Positions 45,439 to 55,604 of a stretch of DNA of 56,857 bases are shown here, piece by piece. The stretch comes from a virus (lineage: Duplodnaviria > Caudoviricetes): positions 1 to 56,857 of the IMG/VR virus record IMGVR_UViG_3300037419_002757; one strand, 5' to 3'. Each line of letters opens with the position of its first letter. The first letter of the stretch is position 1. The position numbers and the translations under genes are program-made. The notes beneath the pieces are model-generated. The model did no database searches, had not been told where the DNA came from, and saw only the letters and a list, made by a program, of their open reading frames with translations.

Positions 45439-46029
45439 GTGACGTCCTCCGACCGTCCGCTCCCCCGTCGCCTCCGCCCGCCGCCCGCGCCGGCGGCGCC
45501 GGGGCCCGTCGCGACCGTGGACACCGACCGCCCCGCGCGCATCCGCTTCGCGGCGGAGATGTTCCTCCACGGCGCGAAGGAGTCGGAGGTGCTGGCGCAG
45601 GTCCGCGAGCGGTGGGGCGTGACGCTGGAGCAGGCCCGGCAGGATCTCGTCGAAGTGAAGATCGAGGCCCGCCGGGTGCTGGGCGACGAGGACAGCATCG
45701 CCATGTTCATGCTCCGGAAGGTGGGGCAGCTCGAGCAGGTCGGCGAGCGGCTCCACGCCGACGCGCTCGCCGACGACCCCGCGCTCCCGGAGTCCATCGC
45801 CGCCGACGTCGTGGACCCGATGACGCTCATCCAGCACGAGCGCAACGTGCAGGCGTCGCGGTCCCAGCGCGCGCAGAGCGCGAGAGCCTTCGCGGACATC
45901 ACGAAGGTCTCGACCGCGCTCGTGGGTCAGCCCTCCCGCACGTACGGCCCGAAGCGGGACGCGACGCCGGGCGGGGACGTCTCGCCGGAGCAGCGCGAGG
46001 CGCTGGAGAACTTCTGGAGGGACGAGTGA
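45439..46029 (+). CDS. Putative terminase small subunit
   Basis: N-terminal HTH-like segment then helices; upstream of TerL; TGcTACTCT 6 nt before the GTG suggests a leaderless start. Confidence 0.55.
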   Translation: MTSSDRPLPRRLRPPPAPAAPGPVATVDTDRPARIRFAAEMFLHGAKESEVLAQVRERWGVTLEQARQDLVEVKIEARRVLGDEDSIAMFMLRKVGQLEQVGERLHADALADDPALPESIAADVVDPMTLIQHERNVQASRSQRAQSARAFADITKVSTALVGQPSRTYGPKRDATPGGDVSPEQREALENFWRDE

Positions 46030-46268
46030 GCGACAGGGCCTACGCGCCGGGCGACGTGCTGCGGGAAGTCAAACGTCGGCAGGCGGTGATGGAAGCCTGT
46101 CCCGGGCACGTCTTCGTCCAGGACATCGACATCCGGAACCACGGCACGAAGTCGTGGTTGTGCACCGTGTGTGGCGAACGTGCCGACGCTTCGTGGGTCT
46201 ACGCCTACAAGCAGGGCCTTCTCCACGCACAGCGCGGACACGCGGCGGAGGGGCTGTTCAAGTCGTGA
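46026..46268 (+). CDS. Small zinc-binding hypothetical protein
   Basis: C..H...CTVC; GTGA overlaps on both sides. Confidence 0.65.
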   Translation: MSDRAYAPGDVLREVKRRQAVMEACPGHVFVQDIDIRNHGTKSWLCTVCGERADASWVYAYKQGLLHAQRGHAAEGLFKS

Positions 46269-47887
46269 CGCCCCCCAACCCCGACGAACTCTTCCGGAGA
46301 GCGAAGGATCCCCGCCGGTTCCCGCTGCTCTGCAAGATCACGTCCGAGGAGGGCGAGACCGGGTACCTCAAGCTGACGCACCTCCAGAAGCTCGTGCTCG
46401 ACGTCTACGCCACGTACCTCTGGAGCTACGTCATCAAGCCCCGGCAGGCGAAGACCTCGACCATCACCGGCTTCGACCTCCTCCGCCACGTCATGCTCAA
46501 CAAGGGGCAGCGCGGGCTCGTCATCGCGGAGAAGGAGCAGACCGCGCTCGAAATCTTCCACCGCATCCTCATCGCCCACCGGAACCTGCCGCCCGACTTC
46601 CGCAAGCACATCCCCATCAAGCGTTCGACGGCGTCGGCGATCGAGTGGGCGGAGGGTCACGACTCCTTCGCCTCCGTCGTCACCGGCGGGAGCGACAACC
46701 CCGCCATCGGTCACTCCCCCGACTACGCCCACATCACGGAGTACGGGGAGCTGCGGAACTACGACACGTTCAACCCGGCCGTGTTCCCGTCCATCTCCAA
46801 GCGCCCGAACAGTCGCCTGCGGATCGAGACGACCCCCGGGCAGTACGGCACGCCAGCGCACCGGATGTGGCTCAACGCGCTCAACGGCGAGGGCTACTTC
46901 ACCGCGCCGCGGGGGAAGGCCCTGTTCCTCGAGTGGTGGACGGACCCGAGCTACTGCCAGCCCCCCGAGCCGGGCTTCGTGCGGACGCTGGAGGAGCACC
47001 GCCTCGCGGAGAAGCTCGTCGGCATCACCGACGCCCACCTGAAGTTCCGGCGCCTGGAGCTCGACACGGCGTACCACGGCGACGTGCGGCTGTTCGACAG
47101 CAAGTACCCGCCCGGCCCGCGGGACGGGTGGATCCTGCACGGGACGCCGGCCATCCCCATCGACGCCGTCGAGTACCTCCAGAGCCTCCCCGGCGTGACG
47201 AGCGTGCCGGAGGGGGAGGAGCGCATCTACGAGGGGCCGGAGGAGGGCATCTACCAGGACCGCCGGGTCGGGGCGCCGTACATCATCACCGCCGACCCGG
47301 CCGGCTTCGGAGACAACGGCGATCCGAGCGCGCTCATCGTGTGGAACGGGTGGGACTGGCGCGAGGTGGCGCACTGGTCGGGGCGGGAGGACCCGAACCT
47401 GTTCGCCGACCGGATCATGCGCCTGCAACGCCTGTACGACTGCGACGTTCTCGTCGAGGCCAACAAGGGCGAGTGCTGCGCCGCGCTGCGCTCCCGCGGC
47501 TGTCCCCGGCTGGTGTGGGACAACGGACAGCCCGGGTGGTTCTCGACCGACGTGAAGAAGGCGCAGACCGTGACGGACTTCGTGGACATGCTGCGTCGTC
47601 GGGAAGTCGGCATCCGGTCCCAGCAGATCCTCGACCAGATTGCCGGGTGGGACGGGAAGACCCGGAAGCGCACGGGCGGGCACCACTGGGACCGCGCCGT
47701 CGCCGCGGCAATGATCGGCTTCGCGGCGAAGCGCATGGCCTACGGGAGCCGCCCGCGGCGCGCAGGCGTCGTGCTCGACACGTCGGGCGGTCCGTCGTGG
47801 CGGTCGCTCAAGGCCGTGTTCGACCGCCGCGCCGCCGAGGACGAGCGAGGATCCGGCGGGTGGGAGCGGAGGTGGAAGTCGTTCTGA
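46265..47887 (+). CDS. terL: Terminase large subunit
   Basis: IKPRQAKTST (Walker A), AHITE (Walker B), IETTP, ADPAG...D.SA, VEAN, HWDR. Confidence 0.92.
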   Translation: MTPPNPDELFRRAKDPRRFPLLCKITSEEGETGYLKLTHLQKLVLDVYATYLWSYVIKPRQAKTSTITGFDLLRHVMLNKGQRGLVIAEKEQTALEIFHRILIAHRNLPPDFRKHIPIKRSTASAIEWAEGHDSFASVVTGGSDNPAIGHSPDYAHITEYGELRNYDTFNPAVFPSISKRPNSRLRIETTPGQYGTPAHRMWLNALNGEGYFTAPRGKALFLEWWTDPSYCQPPEPGFVRTLEEHRLAEKLVGITDAHLKFRRLELDTAYHGDVRLFDSKYPPGPRDGWILHGTPAIPIDAVEYLQSLPGVTSVPEGEERIYEGPEEGIYQDRRVGAPYIITADPAGFGDNGDPSALIVWNGWDWREVAHWSGREDPNLFADRIMRLQRLYDCDVLVEANKGECCAALRSRGCPRLVWDNGQPGWFSTDVKKAQTVTDFVDMLRRREVGIRSQQILDQIAGWDGKTRKRTGGHHWDRAVAAAMIGFAAKRMAYGSRPRRAGVVLDTSGGPSWRSLKAVFDRRAAEDERGSGGWERRWKSF

Positions 47888-47908
47888 CGGACACGCGGCA
47901 GCCGACGG

Positions 47909-47919
47909 GGTAGACTCCG
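47909..47919 (+). promoter_or_regulatory. Partial copy of the conserved late motif upstream of the portal
   Basis: GGTAGACTCCG. Confidence 0.45.
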
Positions 47920-47939
47920 CCCAGTACCGGAGTTCTCCC

Positions 47940-49682
47940 TTGTTGCCTTCGATGTATCGCCAGACGATCGAGCGCCACGTCGCCCGCTACAAGGACAAGG
48001 GCGGGGAGAAGGAGTTCTTCGACAAGGTCCGGCGCGTGTACCGCGGGGAGTTCTGGAGCTCGAAGTCGGGGCCGTCCGAGGCGCAGTTGATGAAGATGAG
48101 CACGAACCTCGTGTTCGCCATCACCGACACCGCGCTCTCGACGCTCGTGCCGCCGAACCCGCAGGTCTCGGCCATCCCCCGCAACCGCGCCGACGAGGAC
48201 CGCGTGGCGAGCGCCGAGGACGTGGTGAACCTCGCCTTCGACACCGGGCGCTTCCGCCGCGAGCTCGGGACGACCACGTTCCACGCCGTGCTCTACGGTC
48301 GCGGCGTCGGCAAGACGGTGTGGGACAGCGCCCGGGACCTGCCGGTGACGCGGAGCATCGACCCGCGGAACCTCTTCTTCGACCTCGTCGCGACGCGGCC
48401 GGAGGACATCCGGTACTGGATCGAGCTGACGCTGGTGGGCGAGCGGGAGTTCCTCAAGCGCGTCGAGTCGGGGCAGTACGACAAGGCCGTCGCCGCCGAG
48501 TACCGGGCCGACACCTACCCCCGGTGGATGCTGCCGGACGACGCGAAGGAATGGGACAGTCAGAAGCTCAAGAACTTCCAGAAGTGGCACATCGTGTACG
48601 AGTGCTACGACATGGAGGACGGGAAGGTCTGGCACTTCTGCCCGGACGCCGACAAGCCCCTGTTCGAAGACGATCTTCTCTACCTCCCCTACGACCTGCT
48701 GGCGCTCAACAGCAACGGCGAGGACTGCCGGGGGCTCTCCGAGATCGGCCTGATTCTCGACAACCAAGAGGAGTACAACCTCCTCTCGACGTACCTGCAC
48801 AACATCGTCCGATACCAGATCGGCCGGCTCGGCTACGACGCCGGGGCGATCACCGAGGATCTGGCGCAGAAGATGAACGAGACGCCGCTCGGGGGCATGA
48901 CGCCCTTCAGCCTCCGCGAGAACATGCGCGGGCAGGGTCTCACGGCGAAGGACGTCGTCTTCGAGCTCCCCGTCGTCCACGCGCAGCCCGAACAGATCGA
49001 CCTCCTCGCCCGGCTCCGCGAGGGCATCGCCTACGTCTCGGCGCTCGCCGACGCGCAGCGTGGGCAGGTCACGGGCGCGAAGACGGCGACGGAGCTCGCG
49101 CTCATCGAGGGGCAGCTCCGCAATCGCCTGCGGAACCGGCAGACCGCGCTCGACGAGTTCACGGAGTCCTGCGCGTCGAAGCAGCTTCTTCTCGCCTCCC
49201 GGTTCATGCGGAAGGAGAAGGTCCTGCGCATCACCGGCGAGGAGGGGTGGCGGAGCATCGACCCGTGGAGCCTCGAGGGCGTCGAGGCGACGTTCAAGAT
49301 GGTCCCATACAGCCCAATGGAGAGCAACCGGGCGGTGAAGGCGGAGATCATGCGGTCGATGATCGACGTGTTCGCCAACAACCCGCTCATCGACCAGCGG
49401 AACTTCTTCTACCACCTGCTCAAGCTGCTCGACATGCCTGCCGACGTGCTGAAGAAGCAGGAGGACGTCGAGGCGGCAGGCGCTCCCGGCATGGGAGCAC
49501 CCGCGGCCCCCGGCGCGCCGGGTCCGGGCGCCCCCGTCGTCGCGCTGCCGGACCCCAACGCGGCGCCACTCCCGCCGAACGTGCAGGCATTGGCGAACGC
49601 GCAGGTCCCCGGCCCGGCGGGCGCCGTGGCGCCGGGGGAGACACCGATGGGCGGGGGTCCGGCTACGACGGGGCCGGGGTAG
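47940..49682 (+). CDS. Portal protein (podoviral, P22-like)
   Basis: 580 aa after TerL; G.GVGK, IDP.N.F.D, RG......TATE motifs; Pro/Ala-rich tail. Confidence 0.88.
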   Translation: MLPSMYRQTIERHVARYKDKGGEKEFFDKVRRVYRGEFWSSKSGPSEAQLMKMSTNLVFAITDTALSTLVPPNPQVSAIPRNRADEDRVASAEDVVNLAFDTGRFRRELGTTTFHAVLYGRGVGKTVWDSARDLPVTRSIDPRNLFFDLVATRPEDIRYWIELTLVGEREFLKRVESGQYDKAVAAEYRADTYPRWMLPDDAKEWDSQKLKNFQKWHIVYECYDMEDGKVWHFCPDADKPLFEDDLLYLPYDLLALNSNGEDCRGLSEIGLILDNQEEYNLLSTYLHNIVRYQIGRLGYDAGAITEDLAQKMNETPLGGMTPFSLRENMRGQGLTAKDVVFELPVVHAQPEQIDLLARLREGIAYVSALADAQRGQVTGAKTATELALIEGQLRNRLRNRQTALDEFTESCASKQLLLASRFMRKEKVLRITGEEGWRSIDPWSLEGVEATFKMVPYSPMESNRAVKAEIMRSMIDVFANNPLIDQRNFFYHLLKLLDMPADVLKKQEDVEAAGAPGMGAPAAPGAPGPGAPVVALPDPNAAPLPPNVQALANAQVPGPAGAVAPGETPMGGGPATTGPG

Positions 49683-49860
49683 TGCGCCGCCACGTCCAGA
49701 TGATCGCCATGCGCGAGTAGCGGACGTGCCCGGTCGTCGTGGTTGAGACCAGATCCCAGCCTTCGCCCTCGGGAGGCACGGGATCCGGGACCGACTCCAC
49801 GTAGTAGGCGGCTCCGTCGTAACGGATCTCGCCGAACGTGGAGGCGTACTCGTGCTTCAC
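49663..49860 (-). CDS. Small hypothetical protein (reverse moron)
   Basis: GTGA overlap; GWDLVS...WRR resembles DUF4177-like proteins. Confidence 0.55.
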   Translation of the reverse strand: MKHEYASTFGEIRYDGAAYYVESVPDPVPPEGEGWDLVSTTTTGHVRYSRMAIIWTWRRTTPAPS

Positions 49861-50180
49861 TTCCCCCGCTCCTCGACCGCCGTGATCAGCTCGACGGAGT
49901 CGGTCGTGCGGACCATGCGCTCGCCCTTCGCCAGCGTCTTCATCTCGACCTTGCCGACGTGCTCCGTCGCGATGTACGGCGCGCACGCCGCGCACGGGTG
50001 GAAGCCGGGGGCGAGGCGCGCGAGCTTCCGGTCCCGGGCGGGCTGGACCTTCTGCACCTCGGCGTCGATGGGCGCCTTGCCGATGAAGGTGCGGACGAGG
50101 TCGCCCTCGCGGAACTCGCCCTCCTTCCGGGGCTCCGGCTTCTTCGGGCGGCGGGCGGGGGAACGGGCGTCGGTGGACAT
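49857..50180 (-). CDS. Hypothetical protein (reverse moron)
   Basis: AAGGAG RBS; TTGACG promoter near 50234. Confidence 0.65.
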   Translation of the reverse strand: MSTDARSPARRPKKPEPRKEGEFREGDLVRTFIGKAPIDAEVQKVQPARDRKLARLAPGFHPCAACAPYIATEHVGKVEMKTLAKGERMVRTTDSVELITAVEERGK

Positions 50181-50274
50181 GACGGAGAACTCCTTCGTGC
50201 CCCTTCCGTACTACAGGTTCGGGATGTCGTCAAGGGACTTGCACGGAGAGCCCGGGTCGTGGTAACTGTACTGC

Positions 50275-50607
50275 ATGAGCATCTACGACCACGACACTCG
50301 TGCCGGAGAGATGGCGGCGCGCGTCGCCGCCGCTTCCCGTGGCGTCAAGCCCATTTCCCCACATGTGGCGAGCGCGCCACCGCCCGACATTGATCCGATG
50401 ATCGAGCGTGTCAACGCGACGCTCTCGAAGCCGTGGACCGACCACGAGCGCATCAGCGGAAGAACCATCGCCGCGAACCTGCTCGGGGACATGGCGACCC
50501 GCGAAGCCGTCATCGCGGTGTTCAAGCGCGAGGGTTGGGTGGTCAGCTATCACAGCGACCAGCGCGACGGGGACTACATCTCGTTCACCCCGCTGACGGT
50601 GCGGTAA
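50275..50607 (+). CDS. Hypothetical protein (moron)
   Basis: TTGCAC-N18-TAACTG ending 6 nt before the ATG (leaderless). Confidence 0.65.
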   Translation: MSIYDHDTRAGEMAARVAAASRGVKPISPHVASAPPPDIDPMIERVNATLSKPWTDHERISGRTIAANLLGDMATREAVIAVFKREGWVVSYHSDQRDGDYISFTPLTVR

Positions 50608-50608
50608 G

Positions 50609-51100
50609 ATGGCCCGCTTCGCCATCCGCGACGTCGTCTGCCCCGACGGGCACGTGGAGAAGAACGCCTACTGTGAGAAGGACGACGCCGGCTTCCCGGT
50701 GTACCCGGCGTGCACGTACGTCACCGGCGTCTCCGACCTGACGAACCTCGACGCCCTCCGGTGCGGCAAGCCGACGAAGGAGTGGTACGGCGACGGCGCG
50801 GCGCCGGCCGTCCACACCTTCCAGCCCATCACCTACGGCGGCGTCGAGTACCGCACCGAGGCGGAGTGGAAGGCGTACCTCCGGAGCATCGCCGAGCACC
50901 AGATGGTGCCCCTCGACCGCGTGGTCGTCCGCGGCGACGACCCGCGCGAGCGGAAGCGCGAGGGGGAAGAGGCGGCACATCGTGGCTGGCTGGAGAGGAA
51001 GAGGCGTGGTATTGACGACGCGCAGCTTCGCGATCACCAGCGCGAGCAGAAGCGGGAGACCGGACGCGTGTTCGGGCCGCGCGGCACCCGAGGAGGATGA
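50609..51100 (+). CDS. Zinc-ribbon protein (FmdB-like)
   Basis: CPDGH..E...C...CG; a usual position after the portal. Confidence 0.65.
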   Translation: MARFAIRDVVCPDGHVEKNAYCEKDDAGFPVYPACTYVTGVSDLTNLDALRCGKPTKEWYGDGAAPAVHTFQPITYGGVEYRTEAEWKAYLRSIAEHQMVPLDRVVVRGDDPRERKREGEEAAHRGWLERKRRGIDDAQLRDHQREQKRETGRVFGPRGTRGG

Positions 51101-51102
51101 GA

Positions 51103-51546
51103 ATGGCCTTCCCCGACGACATGCAGAAGCCCGACACCGCCAAGCCGCCGATGCCCCCCGGGAAGGGGGACGCGAAGCCCCCCGCCGACGCGAGCGCGAA
51201 GGACCCGGGCGCCAAGGCCGACGACATGCTGGCGAAGGCGGAGTCCTCCGGCGCGCTCAAGCCGATCCAGGACTGGCTCGACAGCGAGGGCCGGGACGAC
51301 ATCGACGCGAAGGACGTGCTGAAGTTCGCGCAGAAGGACGACCGGACCCGCGGCAAGCCGCCGGAGCAGGTCGCGAAGATGCTCGGCGAGGACCCGGCGC
51401 TGCTCGAGGACCTCATGGAAGCCCGCCCCGGCGGGATGTACGACCGGATGAAGGGGCCGCCGATGAAGTCCCCGACCGCCGCGCCGGACAACGAGAGCGT
51501 CGAGGGCGAGGCGCCGACGAAGCCCTCGACCTTCAGCATGGAGTAG
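51103..51546 (+). CDS. Hypothetical head-module protein
   Basis: AGGAGG 6 nt upstream of ATG 51103. Confidence 0.7.
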   Translation: MAFPDDMQKPDTAKPPMPPGKGDAKPPADASAKDPGAKADDMLAKAESSGALKPIQDWLDSEGRDDIDAKDVLKFAQKDDRTRGKPPEQVAKMLGEDPALLEDLMEARPGGMYDRMKGPPMKSPTAAPDNESVEGEAPTKPSTFSME

Positions 51547-51552
51547 ACCACC

Positions 51553-52290
51553 GTGGCCGACGAGAACACGCAGACCTCCGCATCTTCGGAGACCCCTTCC
51601 TCTGACGTCCCCGCCGGGGGCGGCGCGGCTGTCGCCGAGACCCCGGCGTGGGACGGCAGCTTCGACTCCGTCGAGAAGCAGCCCTGGTGGCAGCAGATCC
51701 CCGACGATGCGCGGGGGCATCTTAGGAAGAACTTCGACGACCACTCCTTCCTCAAGACGGTGCTCGACGGCGACGAGGGCGCGCAGCGCCTCCGCGCCGA
51801 GACGGAGAGCCTGCGGAAGTCGCTCGGCGAGGAGGTTGCGAAGTACAAGGGCGAGGCGGAGACGTGGAAGTCGAAGCACGACGCCACGAAGTCCGAGTTC
51901 GACCGCTACCGGACGGAGGCCGAGGAGCGGGAGCTCTCGCGCCGCGACGAGGAGGTGCGGACGAAGTTCCCCGACATCTACGGCCACGCCGAGAAGGATC
52001 CCGAAGGGAACATCACCGGCGGCGCCATCGTCGAGTTCGCGCGGCTCACCGCCAACGGCGTCTCCGACGCCCGCGCCGCCAAGGCGGTGCGGGCGATGTT
52101 CGACCTGCCGGATCCCGCGAAGCCAGCCCCCGAGAAGCCGAAGGAGCGGGACGTGAAGCCCCCGGCGTCGGTGGACCTGGCGAACAAGGGCGGGCTCAAC
52201 CCCGCCGAGACGGTGCACAAGCCCGCCGTCCCGTCGTCCGAGGACGCGCACCGGGCGTACAAGAAGAAGCTCGAGACCGAGGAACCGTAA
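51553..52290 (+). CDS. Capsid scaffolding protein
   Basis: Charged coiled-coil protein directly before the major capsid gene. Confidence 0.7.
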   Translation: MADENTQTSASSETPSSDVPAGGGAAVAETPAWDGSFDSVEKQPWWQQIPDDARGHLRKNFDDHSFLKTVLDGDEGAQRLRAETESLRKSLGEEVAKYKGEAETWKSKHDATKSEFDRYRTEAEERELSRRDEEVRTKFPDIYGHAEKDPEGNITGGAIVEFARLTANGVSDARAAKAVRAMFDLPDPAKPAPEKPKERDVKPPASVDLANKGGLNPAETVHKPAVPSSEDAHRAYKKKLETEEP

Positions 52291-52320
52291 CGAAGTAGTC
52301 GGGAAATCGGGGCCGTGCTC

Positions 52321-52348
52321 TTGCGCGGCCGCTCCGTTCGGGTAAGCT
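52321..52348 (+). promoter_or_regulatory. Promoter for the major capsid gene
   Basis: TTGCGC-N16-TAAGCT. Confidence 0.45.
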
Positions 52349-52397
52349 AAGCGAGAACCCGGTTACACCGGCTACCCGGAACCACGGAGCCTCCCCG

Positions 52398-53453
52398 ATG
52401 AGCGTGTCCACCGACGTCCTCAACACGACCCAGGCCGAGCTCATCGACCCGGACATCATGGCGTTCCAGCAGCGCCTCCCGTTCTTCGCCGAGCTGGAGA
52501 AGCGGGGCCAGGTCTCCACCGAGCGCGGCACGCAGCAGGAGTGGTCCGTCCCCTACGGCGCTCCCGGCCGGATCATCGGCATCTTCTCGGGCGATGAGAC
52601 GGCGCCGACGGACCGCGCGACGCGCATCAACAAGTTCGCGCTCGCGCCGCACATGCTCGGCGGCGTGATCTTCATCCCGAAGCTCGAGACCCTCATCAAC
52701 GAGGGCAAGCGCGGGGCGTACAAGCTCTACGAGAAGTACCCCAAGGCGACGCTCGAGATGCTGCCGATCGCGCTGGAGCGGTACGTCGTCGGCGGGGTGT
52801 CGGGCAACACCGACCTCGTCTCGACCGCCGACCTCTCCGGGTTCGGCTGCCTCAACGGGCAGTTCACCTCGGGCGCCGTGACCGGCGTGACCAACGGCTT
52901 CCTCGACTTCACCGCCCCGGCGTCGCAGAGCGACACGGTGCTCAACGTCGCCAAGAGCCTGACGCAGTACCACTACAACCAGTACCAGCTCTCCAACAAC
53001 AGCGCGGAGCTGGAGGACAAGCTCACCCTCGGGCTGCGCGAGGCGGCCCGCTACGACAACAAGGGCGGGGGCAAGGGGCCGCAGGTCCTCATGCTCGACC
53101 CGGACTCCTTCACGAAGTACAAGAGCGTGAAGAAGGACCGCGTCCGCGTCCAGGTCGTCAGCAACAACATCGACAAGCAGGTCTTCGACGACGTCTGCCT
53201 CAACGCGATGGTGAAGGAGAACCACTTCATCAACCTCGCGGACTTCACCGGCGACGCGGCCGAGGGCGTCGGGTACGGCCTCAACTACAGCTACATCAAG
53301 CTCGAGTGGTACGCCAAGCCGAGCATGACGAAGTTCGAGGAGGGGGCCATCGCCAACCAGTTCGGCTTCGTCGCTCGCTTCGAGTCGATGTTCCGCTGGG
53401 GCCCGACCTACCTCCCGGCCCACGTCGCCTTCGCTGGCACGGCGCGGGCGTAG
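52398..53453 (+). CDS. Major capsid protein
   Basis: 351 aa; size, synteny and beta-rich C-terminus (YGLN..YIKL) fit an HK97-fold capsid protein. Confidence 0.8.
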   Translation: MSVSTDVLNTTQAELIDPDIMAFQQRLPFFAELEKRGQVSTERGTQQEWSVPYGAPGRIIGIFSGDETAPTDRATRINKFALAPHMLGGVIFIPKLETLINEGKRGAYKLYEKYPKATLEMLPIALERYVVGGVSGNTDLVSTADLSGFGCLNGQFTSGAVTGVTNGFLDFTAPASQSDTVLNVAKSLTQYHYNQYQLSNNSAELEDKLTLGLREAARYDNKGGGKGPQVLMLDPDSFTKYKSVKKDRVRVQVVSNNIDKQVFDDVCLNAMVKENHFINLADFTGDAAEGVGYGLNYSYIKLEWYAKPSMTKFEEGAIANQFGFVARFESMFRWGPTYLPAHVAFAGTARA

Positions 53454-53489
53454 TCCGGTCTCACCACCCTCTCGACCTTCGGAGTTCTC

Positions 53490-53975
53490 ATGTCTGGTGA
53501 TCCGACCGGATTCGGCGATGTCCTCGATTCGACCTGCGTCACGACCGACGCCCAGCGCCGCGCGCTCGGCACGATGCGCGTGGAATACAACGCCACCTAC
53601 GGTCGCCGCGTGTGGATCTGGGTGAAGAACGGCGAGGCGTCAAGCGCCTGGGCGGAGGGCAACTCCGTCAAGCGCAAGGACTCGACGACGAGCTACACCG
53701 GCGTCCTGTCCACCACGGCGGCGCCGCGGACCTCCGTGCTCGGCTTCGCGCAGTGGGCGGTCGCGGCCGGCTCCTACTCGTGGATCCTGACCCACGGCTT
53801 CGGGTCCGTGAAGGACTCGGGCTCGGGGCTCACCGCGAACACCGGCTTCACGTCCGCCGCCTCGGGCACCGTCGCCGACGGGGTCATCGGGACCAACGAC
53901 ATGATCGGCTACTCGGCCGCAGCGGTGTCGGCGAGCGCCGTCGGCACCGCCTTCGTGGACTGCGCGGGCGCGTAG
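53490..53975 (+). CDS. Capsid decoration / cement protein
   Basis: 161 aa, Ala/Gly/Ser/Thr-rich, directly after the capsid gene. Confidence 0.65.
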   Translation: MSGDPTGFGDVLDSTCVTTDAQRRALGTMRVEYNATYGRRVWIWVKNGEASSAWAEGNSVKRKDSTTSYTGVLSTTAAPRTSVLGFAQWAVAAGSYSWILTHGFGSVKDSGSGLTANTGFTSAASGTVADGVIGTNDMIGYSAAAVSASAVGTAFVDCAGA

Positions 53976-53984
53976 GGACGGGGC

Positions 53985-54078
53985 GGGAAGGCCCTGCGCG
54001 GGCCTCCACGCGTGTTCTCGGTAGCGCGGGGCCTTCCCAAGCCGTCCGAACGGAGGTACGCTCCTTTCGCGACGGCTT
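53985..54078 (+). terminator. Tandem hairpins after the capsid genes
   Basis: 53985-999/54024-038 (14/15, one U-G) and 54039-046/54071-078 with an inner stem. Confidence 0.6.
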
Positions 54079-54103
54079 CCGCCGTTGTACGGAGACGTAG
54101 CCG

Positions 54104-55558
54104 GTGAACAAGTCCGAGTGGCGGCAGCGGGCGTGCGACGAGGTCAACCTGGACCTCGCCGACGCCGACGACGACGTCCTCGACGAGATCGCCCGGGACA
54201 TGGCGACGATCCTCGACACCGTGCACGAGCGGTGTCCGATGGCGTTCGTACCGGACACGGAGACGGTGTTCGTCTACAAGGACTACCGGCTCGCCGACTT
54301 CGGGGGGTGCCTCGGCGTCTCGGCGACGGTGGACGTGCGGGTGCTGTCCTTCGGGGTGCTCACCGGCACCACGCCCAAGACCGACGGGACGTGGGACGGG
54401 CTGTTCCACATCGAGGTGCAGGACGGCGCGGGGCGCTGGCACCGGCGCCAGTGTCGCGAGTTCTGGAGCGCGACCAACGACAATCTCAACTTCATCTACT
54501 ACGTCTCGCTCGACCGGCCGTGGCCGAACACGACGGACACGAACCTTGTCTTCCGGCTCTACCAGCCCTTCCTCGTCACGCGCGCGGACGTGACGGAGGT
54601 GCTCGATGGACAGGTGTGGGACGCGACGCACACCTTCCTCCAGACCCTCCCCGAAGGCTGGGTGACGTACACCGACCGGAACGACTTCCAAGGGCGGTCG
54701 AAGGGCCGACCGGAGAACCTCTACCGGGCGAAGCGGTTCCAACTCGACACGCCGACGCTCGCGCCGGCCGTGACGTCGAACCAGGTCGCGCCGTGGCTCG
54801 GCCCCGAGCCGCCGGGGGCGTTCACCTACTGCCGGACGATCGTGTGGGGCCGGCGGGAGGACGAGCTCGTCGCTCCCGGTGGTGTGCTCGAGCCCACCTT
54901 CGAGAGCGCGCCGAGCCCAGTGTCGAGCGCCATCACCGTGCCGGCGGACGGCTCCTCCAGCGTGACGGTCACGCTGCCGGACGTGGACTGGCCCATCCAC
55001 TTCGGGGTGTCGGGCGCCTTGTCCGCCACGCACTCGGGCCTGCGTCAGCGCATCTACCGGGCGCGCGCCACGACGAGCGGAAGCTCCGGCAGCTTCCGCC
55101 TGCCCATCGAGTATCCGAACGTCTACCAGCTTCTCGCCGAGGTGGACGGGTCGGCGCGCACGTTCACCGACGACGGCACGACCATCCCCGACCCGTTCCG
55201 GCGCCTGCCGGAGACGACGGGGTACTACCTCTGGCGCATCTACCCCTATCCGGACCAGGCGTACCAGATCGACCTGCGAGTAAGACGCAAGCCGACCAGG
55301 CTCATCAACGACAGCGACACGCCCAACATCGACCCGACGATGAACGAGATGCTCGTCGTGGCGTTGATGGCGAAGCTGTACCGGATGAAGGGGAATCTCG
55401 CGGAGGCGGGGAACTGCGAGCAGAAGTTCAAGGACGGCACGGCGGCGTTCAACGCCCGCTTCGCCGCGCCCGCCAAGGTCATCCCCCCGATTCCGTGGGG
55501 CGCCGACCTCGCGTCGGCCCGCCGGCCCTTCTTCATCGGGCCGTTCCGCAACGTCTGA
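54104..55558 (+). CDS. Head-tail adaptor (tail tubular protein A-like) with inserted domains
   Basis: C-terminal IYPYPD..Y.I......P..L..DSDTP.I......LV motif; synteny. Confidence 0.7.
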   Translation: MNKSEWRQRACDEVNLDLADADDDVLDEIARDMATILDTVHERCPMAFVPDTETVFVYKDYRLADFGGCLGVSATVDVRVLSFGVLTGTTPKTDGTWDGLFHIEVQDGAGRWHRRQCREFWSATNDNLNFIYYVSLDRPWPNTTDTNLVFRLYQPFLVTRADVTEVLDGQVWDATHTFLQTLPEGWVTYTDRNDFQGRSKGRPENLYRAKRFQLDTPTLAPAVTSNQVAPWLGPEPPGAFTYCRTIVWGRREDELVAPGGVLEPTFESAPSPVSSAITVPADGSSSVTVTLPDVDWPIHFGVSGALSATHSGLRQRIYRARATTSGSSGSFRLPIEYPNVYQLLAEVDGSARTFTDDGTTIPDPFRRLPETTGYYLWRIYPYPDQAYQIDLRVRRKPTRLINDSDTPNIDPTMNEMLVVALMAKLYRMKGNLAEAGNCEQKFKDGTAAFNARFAAPAKVIPPIPWGADLASARRPFFIGPFRNV

Positions 55559-55604
55559 CGCGCCACCCGGCGCACGCTGCCTTTCGTCAGGAGAGAACAC
55601 GCAC

